A stretch of 64,000 nt of DNA, from the NCBI GenBank assembly GCA_973895155.1, contig OZ316894.1, forward strand, positions 1,504,457 to 1,568,456, in the 5' to 3' direction. Origin of the DNA: Marsupella aquatica. Lineage: Eukaryota; Plantae; Marchantiophyta. The position numbers were made by a program, and so were the translations under genes. This document shows, one piece after another, positions 25,267-34,674 of the stretch. Position 1 is the stretch's first letter. Every line of letters begins with the position of its first letter. Under the pieces are notes generated by a model. It did no database searches. It was not told the origin of the DNA and worked only from the letters and a program-made list of their open reading frames with translations.

Positions 25267-25624
25267 ATAAAAGGCGTAAGAGAAACAATTGTACTGAAAT
25301 CGAATCGGAAACCGGCAGGATGCCAAGATCGGCCGGGAGCATCTAATGAATCACTGTGTGAATCCCGTGTAGGAACCGACAAGCACTGTCTGAGCTCTGT
25401 CAACAGCGATTCAAGAAGAACTGAAAAACCCACAAAGAAAGACATGCCCTAAGCAAGCAAAGTCCTGGCGTCACACTAACAAGCACATTTGCTTCAAGAA
25501 CGGCCCAGACTTGCTACAAGAACATGTCGCTAACTCAGGTAGTACACTAGCCCTAACTACATACCTAGCGGGCAGGCGAGGGACATGCCGATGTGCATAA
25601 GAGGCACTGTCCCTCGGCATGACA
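25267..25624. repeat. Repeat B1 (358 bp)
   Basis: Matches 34673-35031 with five substitutions and one 1-bp indel seen. Confidence 0.95.
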
Positions 25625-25626
25625 GT

Positions 25627-25802
25627 TGTCGTGACATATAGTATCGTAGCCATAGTGTATCAAAAACATACAAGTCACCGGCAAGGCATATGTGCAAGCT
25701 GCTAGCAACCAACATGCATAGAAAAAGTCCAATCACATTCACAAGTGCCAAGAAAAAGCAAATGAAGTGGTATGTACGTAGTGGAGGTGTAAACCTCTGT
25801 AT
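25627..25802. repeat. Repeat A2 (176 bp), internal, adjacent to the PPT
   Basis: Copy of 25091-25266, separated from B1 by a 2-nt spacer (gt). Confidence 0.95.
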
Positions 25803-25809
25803 CCCCCCC
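25803..25809 (-). promoter_or_regulatory. Polypurine tract (G7 on the sense strand)
   Basis: ccccccc directly abuts the boundary of repeat A2, ~30 nt after the ORF stop. Confidence 0.75.
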
Positions 25810-25841
25810 AGACCACAGCCAAAAGGAGGGCTGAAGAAAAG

Positions 25842-28800
25842 TCAGATAGCACGTGGAGCACAGGAAGGGCAAAACCATAACCCTTCTGGCACCTGGGTAA
25901 GTTCAGGCCGAAGGCAGAAAAGATGGTACCCTCCATTGCAATTGTCACACAGCAGCATCTGGTCAGCATCATCAATTCGCAAACACACTTTGCAAGGGTA
26001 GTCCACAGGTGGAATCCAAGTAGAAGTCACAATGGTGGGATCCAGGTTAGGCAGATGACAAGGGGCGCAATTCTTGGCATTGTCAGCAATTGTGCGCCCA
26101 TCTGCCCCTTGTAACTCTAGCACTCCAGACGGTCGAATAGCTTTGACCCTGAGAATAGTGCGACTGGTAGAGGTGTCCAAGGTGTCGTTAGCTTGCCGCT
26201 GCAAGTACACAAAATCTCCCACTTCAAACTTCCTGACCTTGGGCTGAAAAGTGCCCCCTCGTGTGTGTGCATAACGCAGTGTGTCCCTGTGCTGTGCAAT
26301 GGCCAAATTCTCCATGGCCATGGGCATAACCCTCCTGAATAGGGCAGCCCTCTCAGAGATCACATCAGACCAAGTCACAGCTGAATCCAAGTCCACCACC
26401 TGAAGCATGTGAGAAGCAATAGCAGAAGGTGGAACTGGGTGACGACCAAACAACAAGAAGTAGGGAGAAAAGTTAGACAGTGATGCATGTCTGGACATCC
26501 TATACCCCATGGCAATGTAGGGTAAGGCCAGGTCCCAATCCTCCTTGTTTTTGGTGAGGCAGATCTTCCGGAGACCCTTCTTGCATGTCTGAACCATGCG
26601 CTCTGCCAAGCCATCTGCCTGTGGGTGATCTCGTGATGTCCGGCGATGATCAATGAGGGCCTGATCAAGCAGCTCCTGGAACTCTCCTCTAAACTCTGAG
26701 CCCTGGTCAGTGAGACATTCTGCACAAGCTCCAAAACGGCTGAGAACTTGTTGCAGGAATGCTTGGCTAGTGCTATGGGAGGTCTTATCCGGCAATGCCA
26801 CAAGTTCTATCCACTTGGAGAAATGCTCTATCATGATCATGATGTAGAGATTACCCCGAGATGTGAGGGGTAATTCTCCAGCCAAATCACATGACCAACG
26901 ATAAAACATGCCCTGAATAGGGAGTGGATGAAGTGTGGGTTGCCGAGATGTGAAAGAAGTCCTTACCCTATCACACTGTTCACACCGGGCAATAACATCT
27001 CGAACCTGGCCATGCATGCCTCTCCAATGATAATGGGGGACCAAGAGGCTATAAGTCCTCTTAACACCAAAATGACCAAGCTCAGAATGTACCTTACGGA
27101 TAAGGCCAACCCTCTCATGAATGGGTGGAACCACCACTTCCCTGTCTGGCAAGCAGCGCACAAGATGATCTCCCTTCCACAAGTAGCGCTTGGACCTTTG
27201 CTGAATTCGGTCTCTCTGGGCAGCAGTAACATGGGTGGGGTACTCCCCATGCTGCAGAAATCTCAGAGTGTCGCTGTCCTCCCATATGTCCACCACAGGT
27301 TGGTCAACAATGTAGCATGGCAGCAAAGCAAGATAGGTAGATGCATGAAATGTAGGCAGGATGAAAACCTGGTCAAAATCCTGCCGTGCATCTGAGGGAT
27401 CATCAGAGGCAATCAAAGGGCTGCGGGACATAGTGTCAGCATTTTGATGTGTCACACCAGGCCTATGAATTACCTCAAAATCATACTCCTGGAGTATGAG
27501 CGCCCACCGAGCAAGCTTGCCAGTAAGCTTGTCGTTGGTCATCAACCACTTCAAGGGCTGGTGGTCGGTGTAGAGAACAAACCTGGTCCCATAGAGGTAG
27601 GGCCTGTAATGTATGACAGCCCACACAACAGCAAGGCATTCACCCTCATATGAAGAATAATGACTCTCGGCCTGATTGTTGCTCCTGGATGCATAGGCAA
27701 TGATGTACTCTTTACCTTCCTCATCATGCTGGCCCAGAATGGCACCAATCCCAAGGGCACTCCAATCTGTGTGTAGCACAAAGACCTTGCTGAAATCAGG
27801 TCTTCTCAGCACCGGGTATTCTGAGAGCTTCTCCTTCAAAGTGGCAAATGTTGCCTCAGCATCTGTACTCCATGTCCAAGTCACATTCTTTTTCAACAAA
27901 GCATACAATGGGTGTGCAATGGTACTGAAATCTTTGATGTAGATCCGGTAGTAATTGCACAACCCAATAAAACTCCTCAAAGTGTGAACATCGGTAGGAG
28001 TGGGCATTTCCAAGATGGATACCACCTTGGCCCAGTGAGCCATGGTTCCATTTGGAAGAATGCGATGCCCAAGATATACTACTGATCTGACAGCAAATTC
28101 ACACTTCTTGGGGTGTATCTTTAGGTTCACCTTCTTAAGCCTCATGAATAGCTCCTCAAGGTCAAGTAGATGCTGGTCAAATCCTTTACTGTGGACCAAC
28201 ACATCATCAATGTAGCATTTCAGAAACTCAGCACCTTGAAGAACCTGGTCCATGACTCTTTGAAAGAATATGGGCGCATTCTTCAAGCCAAATGGCATCA
28301 CCAACCACTCCCATAGTTGGTTACTACCATGGAAAGTTGTTTTCTTGCGGTCCTTTGCAAGCAGCAAAATCTGGTTGAAGCCTTGCCTTAGATCCACAAG
28401 AGTGAAGATGTCTGAGTCTCCAATGCTGTCAAATAGCTCCTCTGGCCGTGGCATGGGGTACCTGTCCTGGGGTGTGACCAGGTTCAGTGGCCTGTAGTCC
28501 CCACACATGCGCTTCTCTGTCCACAATCCACTGGAATCCTTCTTTGCTGGCATCACTATAGCTGCCGCAAAATCTGATGTAGATGGCTGAATAAGACCAG
28601 CTTCATAGAGCTCTTGGCACCTCTCATCCACCAGCTGCCACTCATGCTTACTCAAACGGTGTCTCCGCCTGAAGATAGGTGTTTCATCAGCCAACTCAAT
28701 GGAGAACTGCATAGTCTTGCACTTACCCAAGTCCTTCATAGAGAAAGCAAACACATTCTCATGCTTGAGGAGCAAATTCAGCAGCTGGTCCTTCTGTCTT

Positions 28801-31800
28801 TTACTCAGGTGGTTGCCCGTGATAAATGTGTAGTTGGCAACACTAGGAATAGGACCTGATGTACTCGTACTTGAAGAGCCAGAAGTGCCAGCCTCTCCAC
28901 TGTCCAAGTTGCTAGCATGCTGCTGATAAGGTGATGAGGCCTCTCCAAGGCCTGTTGTATCTGTTGCTCTGGTCTGATCCACACCATGAAACTCAGAAAT
29001 GATATCAGCCACGTTACAAGGGACCTCCTCCCCCCCAACACTTGGACTGAAGCGGTGAGTGTTGAATAGAGGTAAGTGCACCTGGTCTGGATGCCATGTA
29101 GCAGCATTGTGGAGGGGTAGGGCTGGAGCTCCTAATGCTGGAGGAATGTACATCTGAAAAAGGATGCAAGTGACCAGAAGCCAAGTGAGAGCATTGAGAT
29201 CCATTACCCTGCCAAGTAAAGCATTCCTGGCCAGCCTGGTGATTTTGGTGTGACCTGTAGTACCGGGTTGGAAGCCCATAGCCCGTTCTCTCTCCTCAGG
29301 ACTAGGTTCATCCCATGTACCGGTAGAATGTCGATAAACCAGCCCAGGACCATCACCCTGAAAAGCATGTGCACCTGGAAAGGACACAAATGTAGGCCAA
29401 GCAGCACGGGGTTGTCCAATGGTATTAGCTGGATACCAAGGTGCTGGCTCTTTCCGTGTAACTGGTTGGCAAGAACTGTCAGGATCCAAAATCTGGTCCA
29501 CTGTAAGGTTAGTGTCCCTGGATGTGTGGTGAAGAGCCATCTCCAGCAAGGAAGGTGGTGCAAGGTTAGTCCAAAAGTTACGAAGACGATGTGCATAAGA
29601 ACCACAGTGCACTGTATCAATGAGAAGGGGTGGTCCCAAGTAGTGCTGGACCACACTGAAATCCTCTTTGACCTGTGGACGCTGGTCAAACTGAGATGGA
29701 GTATTCTCAATGATATAACCAACAGCAGGATAAAGGGATTGAGCCCAGGTGAGAATCTGAACCAATGCTGTGAAAAGGCCAGAACGAGAATCATGCAGTC
29801 CAGCACCGTGACCAGCAATTGAAAACCCTTGGCATTCCCAACCAGCTATGATCAAATCAAGGGAGCCAAGAAGGGTTAAGTGCCGGTGCTGGACAAGCTG
29901 GATATCTGGAGGAAAGAAAGAAAATGCAGACTTCCATGCACTGTGTGGAAACTGCTGAGGAAATCGCTCTGAAAATTCCAGCAGACGGGATTCGGCCACT
30001 TGCCTTGCACCTGGATCAATATCCACATAGATGTACTGCTTCACCACCATGCCAGACTGTAGGAGAGCTTCCAGGCCTGTAGAAATGCCACCAAAAAGCT
30101 CAAGCAATGTAAGGCCATCTGGAGCAGGAGTCCATGTAACTGGTGCGCTCAAGATTGGGGCTATTGGCTGTCCATTGTGCTGCCCAAGGTCCTCAAATTT
30201 GCGCAATGCAGCCACTAAAGGTCCATGGGCTGCTTGGAGCCGTTGTACCACCTCTGTTTGATGATCCACGTTGCTGGAAAGTGCTGCTATACGTGCAGTA
30301 GCATGTGCAGCAGCCACCTCATCATCATCCTCCTCAATCCAATCTTGCAATGGGTGGTTGACATAGGTAGTTGTGTGCACTGCTTTCAACACACAGTGGT
30401 GAGCCATAGGTGTATGGGCACCATGCAAATCAAGTGGAATGTAGCCCAAGTGTGAGCCATCAGTATGCCAATCAACTCTGTAGTATGCATGCTCATGCCA
30501 GTTGTCAATGGTAAAACCTGGTGGGAACAAAGCCTCCTGGCCAATGAGCACATCATACATAGTGGCATTGGTAACCAGACATCTGACTGGGAAATGCAAT
30601 TCTTGATCTGTACCTCCATTAAAAGTGAGAGTGAGTAAAGTAGAACTCTCACCCAGCACATCCTCCACAGTGCCACTAGCAGTCCGAATGTGCCACTTGG
30701 ATTGCTGTAAATGATCAGTCAACAGTCCCATCTTCTTGGCAAACTGAATGCCCAATATCACTGGTTGAGCACCTGTGTCTAGCATGACCACCTGAGGAGT
30801 GTGACCCTCCAACTTGACCACTGAATTCTTGTTGTCAACAATGGCAATGGTGGTGGAAACTGAAGTCCTGTCACTAGGCACCACTCTCGGCAAATGATGA
30901 GGTACCTTGTGAAGGGAGTTAGTGTCCACGGTCTTTCCACTCAACAACATAGCCAGGAAAGATGGAGCAGCATGACCAGAATCAAGTGTAGCTCTGGTCA
31001 CACAATCAGCAGCAATCGGTACTGGGGCAGCCAAACCAGTGGAAACATGTAAAGGAGAAGAAGAAGGTCCAGTATGTACATGAGATTGGACCTCCAAAAC
31101 CGGTGTCACAGGGGCTGATGAAGAATGCAGTGAACCCTCTAGCGCCCTGAGGACAGCTCTAGCATCCAGCTGTAAATCATGGCAACTGAAAAGTGGAGTT
31201 GTAAGAATCCTTTGTGCCATACCGGAGGTGAAATGCTCAAGCAGCTCAGGAGAAACAACTCCCTGTGAAATGTCAGCAGCACCTGGTGGTGGAATGGATG
31301 TAGCTGCAGCTCCCTCCCCCCTCGCCAACAAGGTGCGCTCTTCAGCAAGTGTGAGTGGCTGAAAAGATTGGGGCATGACAGCCCGAGCGCCCCTGGCTCT
31401 AGTCAGAGGACCGGCAGCAAGACCATCAGCCTGTACAATGCGGCGTGTGGGAGCAATACGGGAGGCAGCACTGGCCTGCTGGTAAGCAAAATAGGCAGGG
31501 CAGAATGAATCTGAAAATTCTGCTGTAAGGCCCGGCTGTGGAGCAGAGGACAGCACACACTCACCCATATGAGCATCAAATGGTAAGCCATAGAAAGAGC
31601 GGGGTAGAGGTGCTGAATTGTCAGCGGTGCCTGGGCCAGGGATGGGTTGCACGTGACCAGCCGGTTGAGAAGGACCAGCAGAGGCAGTGGACTTGCCTTT
31701 GATGTTGGCAAGTTGGGCACGTAAGGACTCAACCTCATGAGTCAGAGACTGGAGTTGAGTTGCCTGTGCGTTGTGAGCCTCCTTCTGAGCTGGTTGCTTC

Positions 31801-32942
31801 TGTGGCTGCTTGGGCAATTTGTTAGCACCGGGTGCTTTGCCACTGGAAGGAGGAGCAGTGGATGCAGTAGGAGCCCTCCTAGCTGGTGGGGGAGTGGAAA
31901 CAAGAGCAGGACGAGTGGCCTGCTGTCGTAGCTGCTTCCTCTCGGGGAATTTGGCAAAACAGACTGCCTCCAAGTGGCCCACTTTCCCGCAAAAATCACA
32001 AGATAGGTCCTCAGCAACAATATCACATTCATTAGCCTTGTGATTAGGGTTACCACAGTAGTTGCAAGATGGCAGCATGAAAGCAGCATGTGCTGGCTTG
32101 GTCTTGGAACCATACTGTGGCACACGGGGAGGAGTGACCAGTGTAGGGGCAGCAGCCTGGTACCTGGATCGCGGTGGACGTGCAATACTGGCCTCATAAT
32201 GTGCATGGGCCAACTCAAGTTTCTCAGCAGTGTCATAGACATTGAGCAAGGTGTAGCTGTCTCCAAACTCTGAGAATACTTGCTGCAACACTTGCGAATG
32301 GAGAGCTGGTGTGCCCTCCAATGCGCGAAGATAGCGATGAGCAGCTTCCAGGTCAGTGATGCTCTGGGTGTCTTCCTTCAGCTTGAGAAGCTGGCGATAT
32401 AGCATCTTCAATGTTTCATCGCGCTGCCTCACAAAGGTGGCCAACTGCATGATTTTGTCAGCACTCTTGATTGGGAATTCCAATTCAAGAACCTGGAAAA
32501 ACTCAGCCACTGGATCAGCAAAGGCAGGGGAATCAATGGTGGGAGAAATGCCTGATGTAGCCTGTGCCAAGACAGTGGGAGTAACAGGCGCAGTGGTAGG
32601 AACTGGAGTAGGAGGGGAAGTGGCAGGAGCAGCAGCATGGGCTGCAATGGCATTTTGTAAGGCCAATTGTGAATCTGCCGCAATTGCACTGGCATAGGTA
32701 GGGTTAGGCAACTGTGTGACAGCAAGCAGCCGTTGAGAGTGCTGCTCATACACATCCAAAGCCTCATGGTGCACATACCTGGCTAGCTGCTTAAATGCAA
32801 ATGCATTTGTGAAATTGCTGCCGTACTTCAACTCCAATTCGTAAACGACAGTGTAGAAAGTGGATTTGAACTCACATAAAGAGACAGTGCCTGGCCGCCC
32901 GCTGAAGCGCTCAATGCGGCCAGATGAGTGGCTGGTATCCAT
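25842..32942 (-). CDS. Gag-Pol polyprotein: gag with 2 CCHC knuckles, aspartic protease, C5 DNA methyltransferase, RT, RNase H, DDE integrase, PHD finger
   Basis: Open frame 25842..33029 (2395 aa; first ATG at 32942). CNYCGNPNHKANEC and CDFCGKVGHLEAVC (~31960-32070); MLDTGA (~30770); DNMT motifs LELFGG, GWECQGFS, IIENT, HRLRNFW (~29190-30115); YIDD (~28210); HTDWS...YTDHQPL; HSELGHFG...CEQC, DLAG, TDQGSEF, GLAERM; CKVC...LLCDNCNGGYHLFCL...WFCPSC (~25860-25995). Confidence 0.97.
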   Translation of the reverse strand: MDTSHSSGRIERFSGRPGTVSLCEFKSTFYTVVYELELKYGSNFTNAFAFKQLARYVHHEALDVYEQHSQRLLAVTQLPNPTYASAIAADSQLALQNAIAAHAAAPATSPPTPVPTTAPVTPTVLAQATSGISPTIDSPAFADPVAEFFQVLELEFPIKSADKIMQLATFVRQRDETLKMLYRQLLKLKEDTQSITDLEAAHRYLRALEGTPALHSQVLQQVFSEFGDSYTLLNVYDTAEKLELAHAHYEASIARPPRSRYQAAAPTLVTPPRVPQYGSKTKPAHAAFMLPSCNYCGNPNHKANECDIVAEDLSCDFCGKVGHLEAVCFAKFPERKQLRQQATRPALVSTPPPARRAPTASTAPPSSGKAPGANKLPKQPQKQPAQKEAHNAQATQLQSLTHEVESLRAQLANIKGKSTASAGPSQPAGHVQPIPGPGTADNSAPLPRSFYGLPFDAHMGECVLSSAPQPGLTAEFSDSFCPAYFAYQQASAASRIAPTRRIVQADGLAAGPLTRARGARAVMPQSFQPLTLAEERTLLARGEGAAATSIPPPGAADISQGVVSPELLEHFTSGMAQRILTTPLFSCHDLQLDARAVLRALEGSLHSSSAPVTPVLEVQSHVHTGPSSSPLHVSTGLAAPVPIAADCVTRATLDSGHAAPSFLAMLLSGKTVDTNSLHKVPHHLPRVVPSDRTSVSTTIAIVDNKNSVVKLEGHTPQVVMLDTGAQPVILGIQFAKKMGLLTDHLQQSKWHIRTASGTVEDVLGESSTLLTLTFNGGTDQELHFPVRCLVTNATMYDVLIGQEALFPPGFTIDNWHEHAYYRVDWHTDGSHLGYIPLDLHGAHTPMAHHCVLKAVHTTTYVNHPLQDWIEEDDDEVAAAHATARIAALSSNVDHQTEVVQRLQAAHGPLVAALRKFEDLGQHNGQPIAPILSAPVTWTPAPDGLTLLELFGGISTGLEALLQSGMVVKQYIYVDIDPGARQVAESRLLEFSERFPQQFPHSAWKSAFSFFPPDIQLVQHRHLTLLGSLDLIIAGWECQGFSIAGHGAGLHDSRSGLFTALVQILTWAQSLYPAVGYIIENTPSQFDQRPQVKEDFSVVQHYLGPPLLIDTVHCGSYAHRLRNFWTNLAPPSLLEMALHHTSRDTNLTVDQILDPDSSCQPVTRKEPAPWYPANTIGQPRAAWPTFVSFPGAHAFQGDGPGLVYRHSTGTWDEPSPEERERAMGFQPGTTGHTKITRLARNALLGRVMDLNALTWLLVTCILFQMYIPPALGAPALPLHNAATWHPDQVHLPLFNTHRFSPSVGGEEVPCNVADIISEFHGVDQTRATDTTGLGEASSPYQQHASNLDSGEAGTSGSSSTSTSGPIPSVANYTFITGNHLSKRQKDQLLNLLLKHENVFAFSMKDLGKCKTMQFSIELADETPIFRRRHRLSKHEWQLVDERCQELYEAGLIQPSTSDFAAAIVMPAKKDSSGLWTEKRMCGDYRPLNLVTPQDRYPMPRPEELFDSIGDSDIFTLVDLRQGFNQILLLAKDRKKTTFHGSNQLWEWLVMPFGLKNAPIFFQRVMDQVLQGAEFLKCYIDDVLVHSKGFDQHLLDLEELFMRLKKVNLKIHPKKCEFAVRSVVYLGHRILPNGTMAHWAKVVSILEMPTPTDVHTLRSFIGLCNYYRIYIKDFSTIAHPLYALLKKNVTWTWSTDAEATFATLKEKLSEYPVLRRPDFSKVFVLHTDWSALGIGAILGQHDEEGKEYIIAYASRSNNQAESHYSSYEGECLAVVWAVIHYRPYLYGTRFVLYTDHQPLKWLMTNDKLTGKLARWALILQEYDFEVIHRPGVTHQNADTMSRSPLIASDDPSDARQDFDQVFILPTFHASTYLALLPCYIVDQPVVDIWEDSDTLRFLQHGEYPTHVTAAQRDRIQQRSKRYLWKGDHLVRCLPDREVVVPPIHERVGLIRKVHSELGHFGVKRTYSLLVPHYHWRGMHGQVRDVIARCEQCDRVRTSFTSRQPTLHPLPIQGMFYRWSCDLAGELPLTSRGNLYIMIMIEHFSKWIELVALPDKTSHSTSQAFLQQVLSRFGACAECLTDQGSEFRGEFQELLDQALIDHRRTSRDHPQADGLAERMVQTCKKGLRKICLTKNKEDWDLALPYIAMGYRMSRHASLSNFSPYFLLFGRHPVPPSAIASHMLQVVDLDSAVTWSDVISERAALFRRVMPMAMENLAIAQHRDTLRYAHTRGGTFQPKVRKFEVGDFVYLQRQANDTLDTSTSRTILRVKAIRPSGVLELQGADGRTIADNAKNCAPCHLPNLDPTIVTSTWIPPVDYPCKVCLRIDDADQMLLCDNCNGGYHLFCLRPELTQVPEGLWFCPSCAPRAI

Positions 32943-33619
32943 GCTGTATGTCAGTGAAGCAGGAACAACCACTGATGCAGAAGGGGTAAATGGCAATGAA
33001 GTGATAGCAGGCTTGGGAGTAGTGGTCAAGTGACCGCCAAATGGAGCAGAAGGATTGCGTGGTGTGGGTGCCGCTGCTGTCTGTGGACGTCGTCAAAATT
33101 TCCGAGACTCCAATGAAATTGGCACCAATGGTCGTGGATCACTCCGTAAATGGTACCTGGGTGTCGGTGGCGATGTGCTACTACTTCCCGGCTCGTCTGT
33201 TGACATGCTGTGTGGCAGTACCCGATGTACTCAGGTAATGTACCAAATGTGTAAACACGTTGAAGAACCGTCAACGTCGAAAATCCGTCAGAGAAAAAGG
33301 ACCCTTAAAAACGTGAAGACATTGGGCGCCCCTTTAATTAAGTGTATAAACATGGGGCCCCGTTAAGTGTATACGTCGGGGCCCGATGTGGACCCGGGAA
33401 CTGGCAAGCTCGACAGAAAAGAGGCCAGGCGCGCGTCGGCAGCAAAATCGTCCTCACAGGAACCGGCCGAGTGTGTAAACACACCCAGGGCACGGCGCCC
33501 TATGCACAGCCCACGGAGGCCCTATGCAGGTCGTTGTGAGGCGGGAGGAAAGACGACGGCTGAAAGAAAAGAGAGACATGCGGGAGGCGAGGCGAAAGAA
33601 ACCGGGCCAAACCGGGCCC

Positions 33620-34030
33620 TCTTTAATGGCATGAGCCCCCCCATAGGGCTTCGTGCCCCACCTTAAGAGCTTCCGAAGGGAAGCTACGAGCTCCCCCTCC
33701 CCTCCTTAATGAAATTGGGCCTCGTGCCCTGGTGACAGTGTACCCGAAGGGAAGGGAGTCGAGTGTACTCCCCCTCCTCCCTCTTTAATGCTGCTTTATG
33801 GGCTTCGTGCCCTGCAAAAGACTCCTGTGAGAGGAGTCGAATGTACTCCCCTGCTTCAATGTTGCTTAGGGCCTTGTGCCCTCTCCTGGCACCCTCGCTC
33901 CCCCCTTCTTTAATGCAACATAGGGCTGCGTGCCCTCTCCTAACACTCGGTCCCCCTCCTTCCTGCTTTCGCTTGTACTTGGCTCCCCCCTGCCCCTGCT
34001 TTAATGCAGAATAGGGCCTCGTGCCCTCTC
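33620..34030. repeat. About six degenerate repeats (ttaatg-n-gggcYtcgtgccc) in the element 5' leader
   Basis: gggcttcgtgccc, gggcctcgtgccc, gggcttcgtgccc, gggccttgtgccc, gggctgcgtgccc and gggcctcgtgccc, each preceded by (c/t)ttaatg or ttcaatg. Confidence 0.75.
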
Positions 34031-34659
34031 CATGCTTATGCCTAAACTTAATCCCCCTTCCCTACTGTGTAATTGCTGGCAACAAGCGAGGGAGGAAGAA
34101 AAAAACGCCGAAGGGAGGGCGCACGGCCCTATGCGCGACCCAGGGGCAATGATGAGCCCCGCATGTGTATACCCGGGGCCCAAGCTCGCGACAATAACTG
34201 CGAGGGAAGGCGAGAAGTCGAGAAGAAACGATGGCCGGGAAGAAAAATTGGGTGGCAGCAGGTCGCGACCGGAAAAAGGCGAAAAGCAAACGGACCCGTG
34301 GCTCTGTGCGCTTGGGAGGTAGTCGCGAGGTGATCGCGCGGTAGTCAAGGGAAACTCGCCGGCAGCCGTGGCCGGGAATGCGAAAACAACCCCAAAAGCA
34401 GTCGAGGCAGCAAGCGGCAGTGACAGTAAGAAGGAGCACATAGCAGAAAGGGGTCACGAATGTAGCCGGGAACAAAGCACGGACTCAAACGGCGATGTTA
34501 TGTGTATACTTATACACATAGCACTACATTAAAACCCATAACTCTTAACCCGCCATTCCTATGCTGCTCAAAGAAATTGCACCGGCTTCGACGGAAATTG
34601 TATGTACCAACTTAAGCAGCTGAACTGAGAATGTCTCCTATCTTCTTCCTCTCACCACA

Positions 34660-34674
34660 CAGTTCTTCTTGAAT
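34660..34674 (-). promoter_or_regulatory. Putative self-priming primer-binding site
   Basis: cagttcttcttgaat at the inner boundary of B2 is the exact reverse complement of attcaagaagaactg inside repeat B (25409-25423; 14/15 match at 34816-34830). No TGG-type tRNA PBS at this boundary. Confidence 0.7.

Noticed and set aside
25091-25624. A1+B1 read as an ordinary TG...CA solo LTR, with the ORF region nested in a second LTR
   Set aside because: The internal region has no repeats or TSD of its own at 25802/34673. The PPT and PBS abut those exact points, and the only TSD flanks 25091 and 35031.
33620-34030. CRISPR-like repeat-spacer pattern
   Set aside because: Repeats are degenerate, spacers are irregular and similar to each other, there are no cas genes, and the context is a eukaryotic retroelement.
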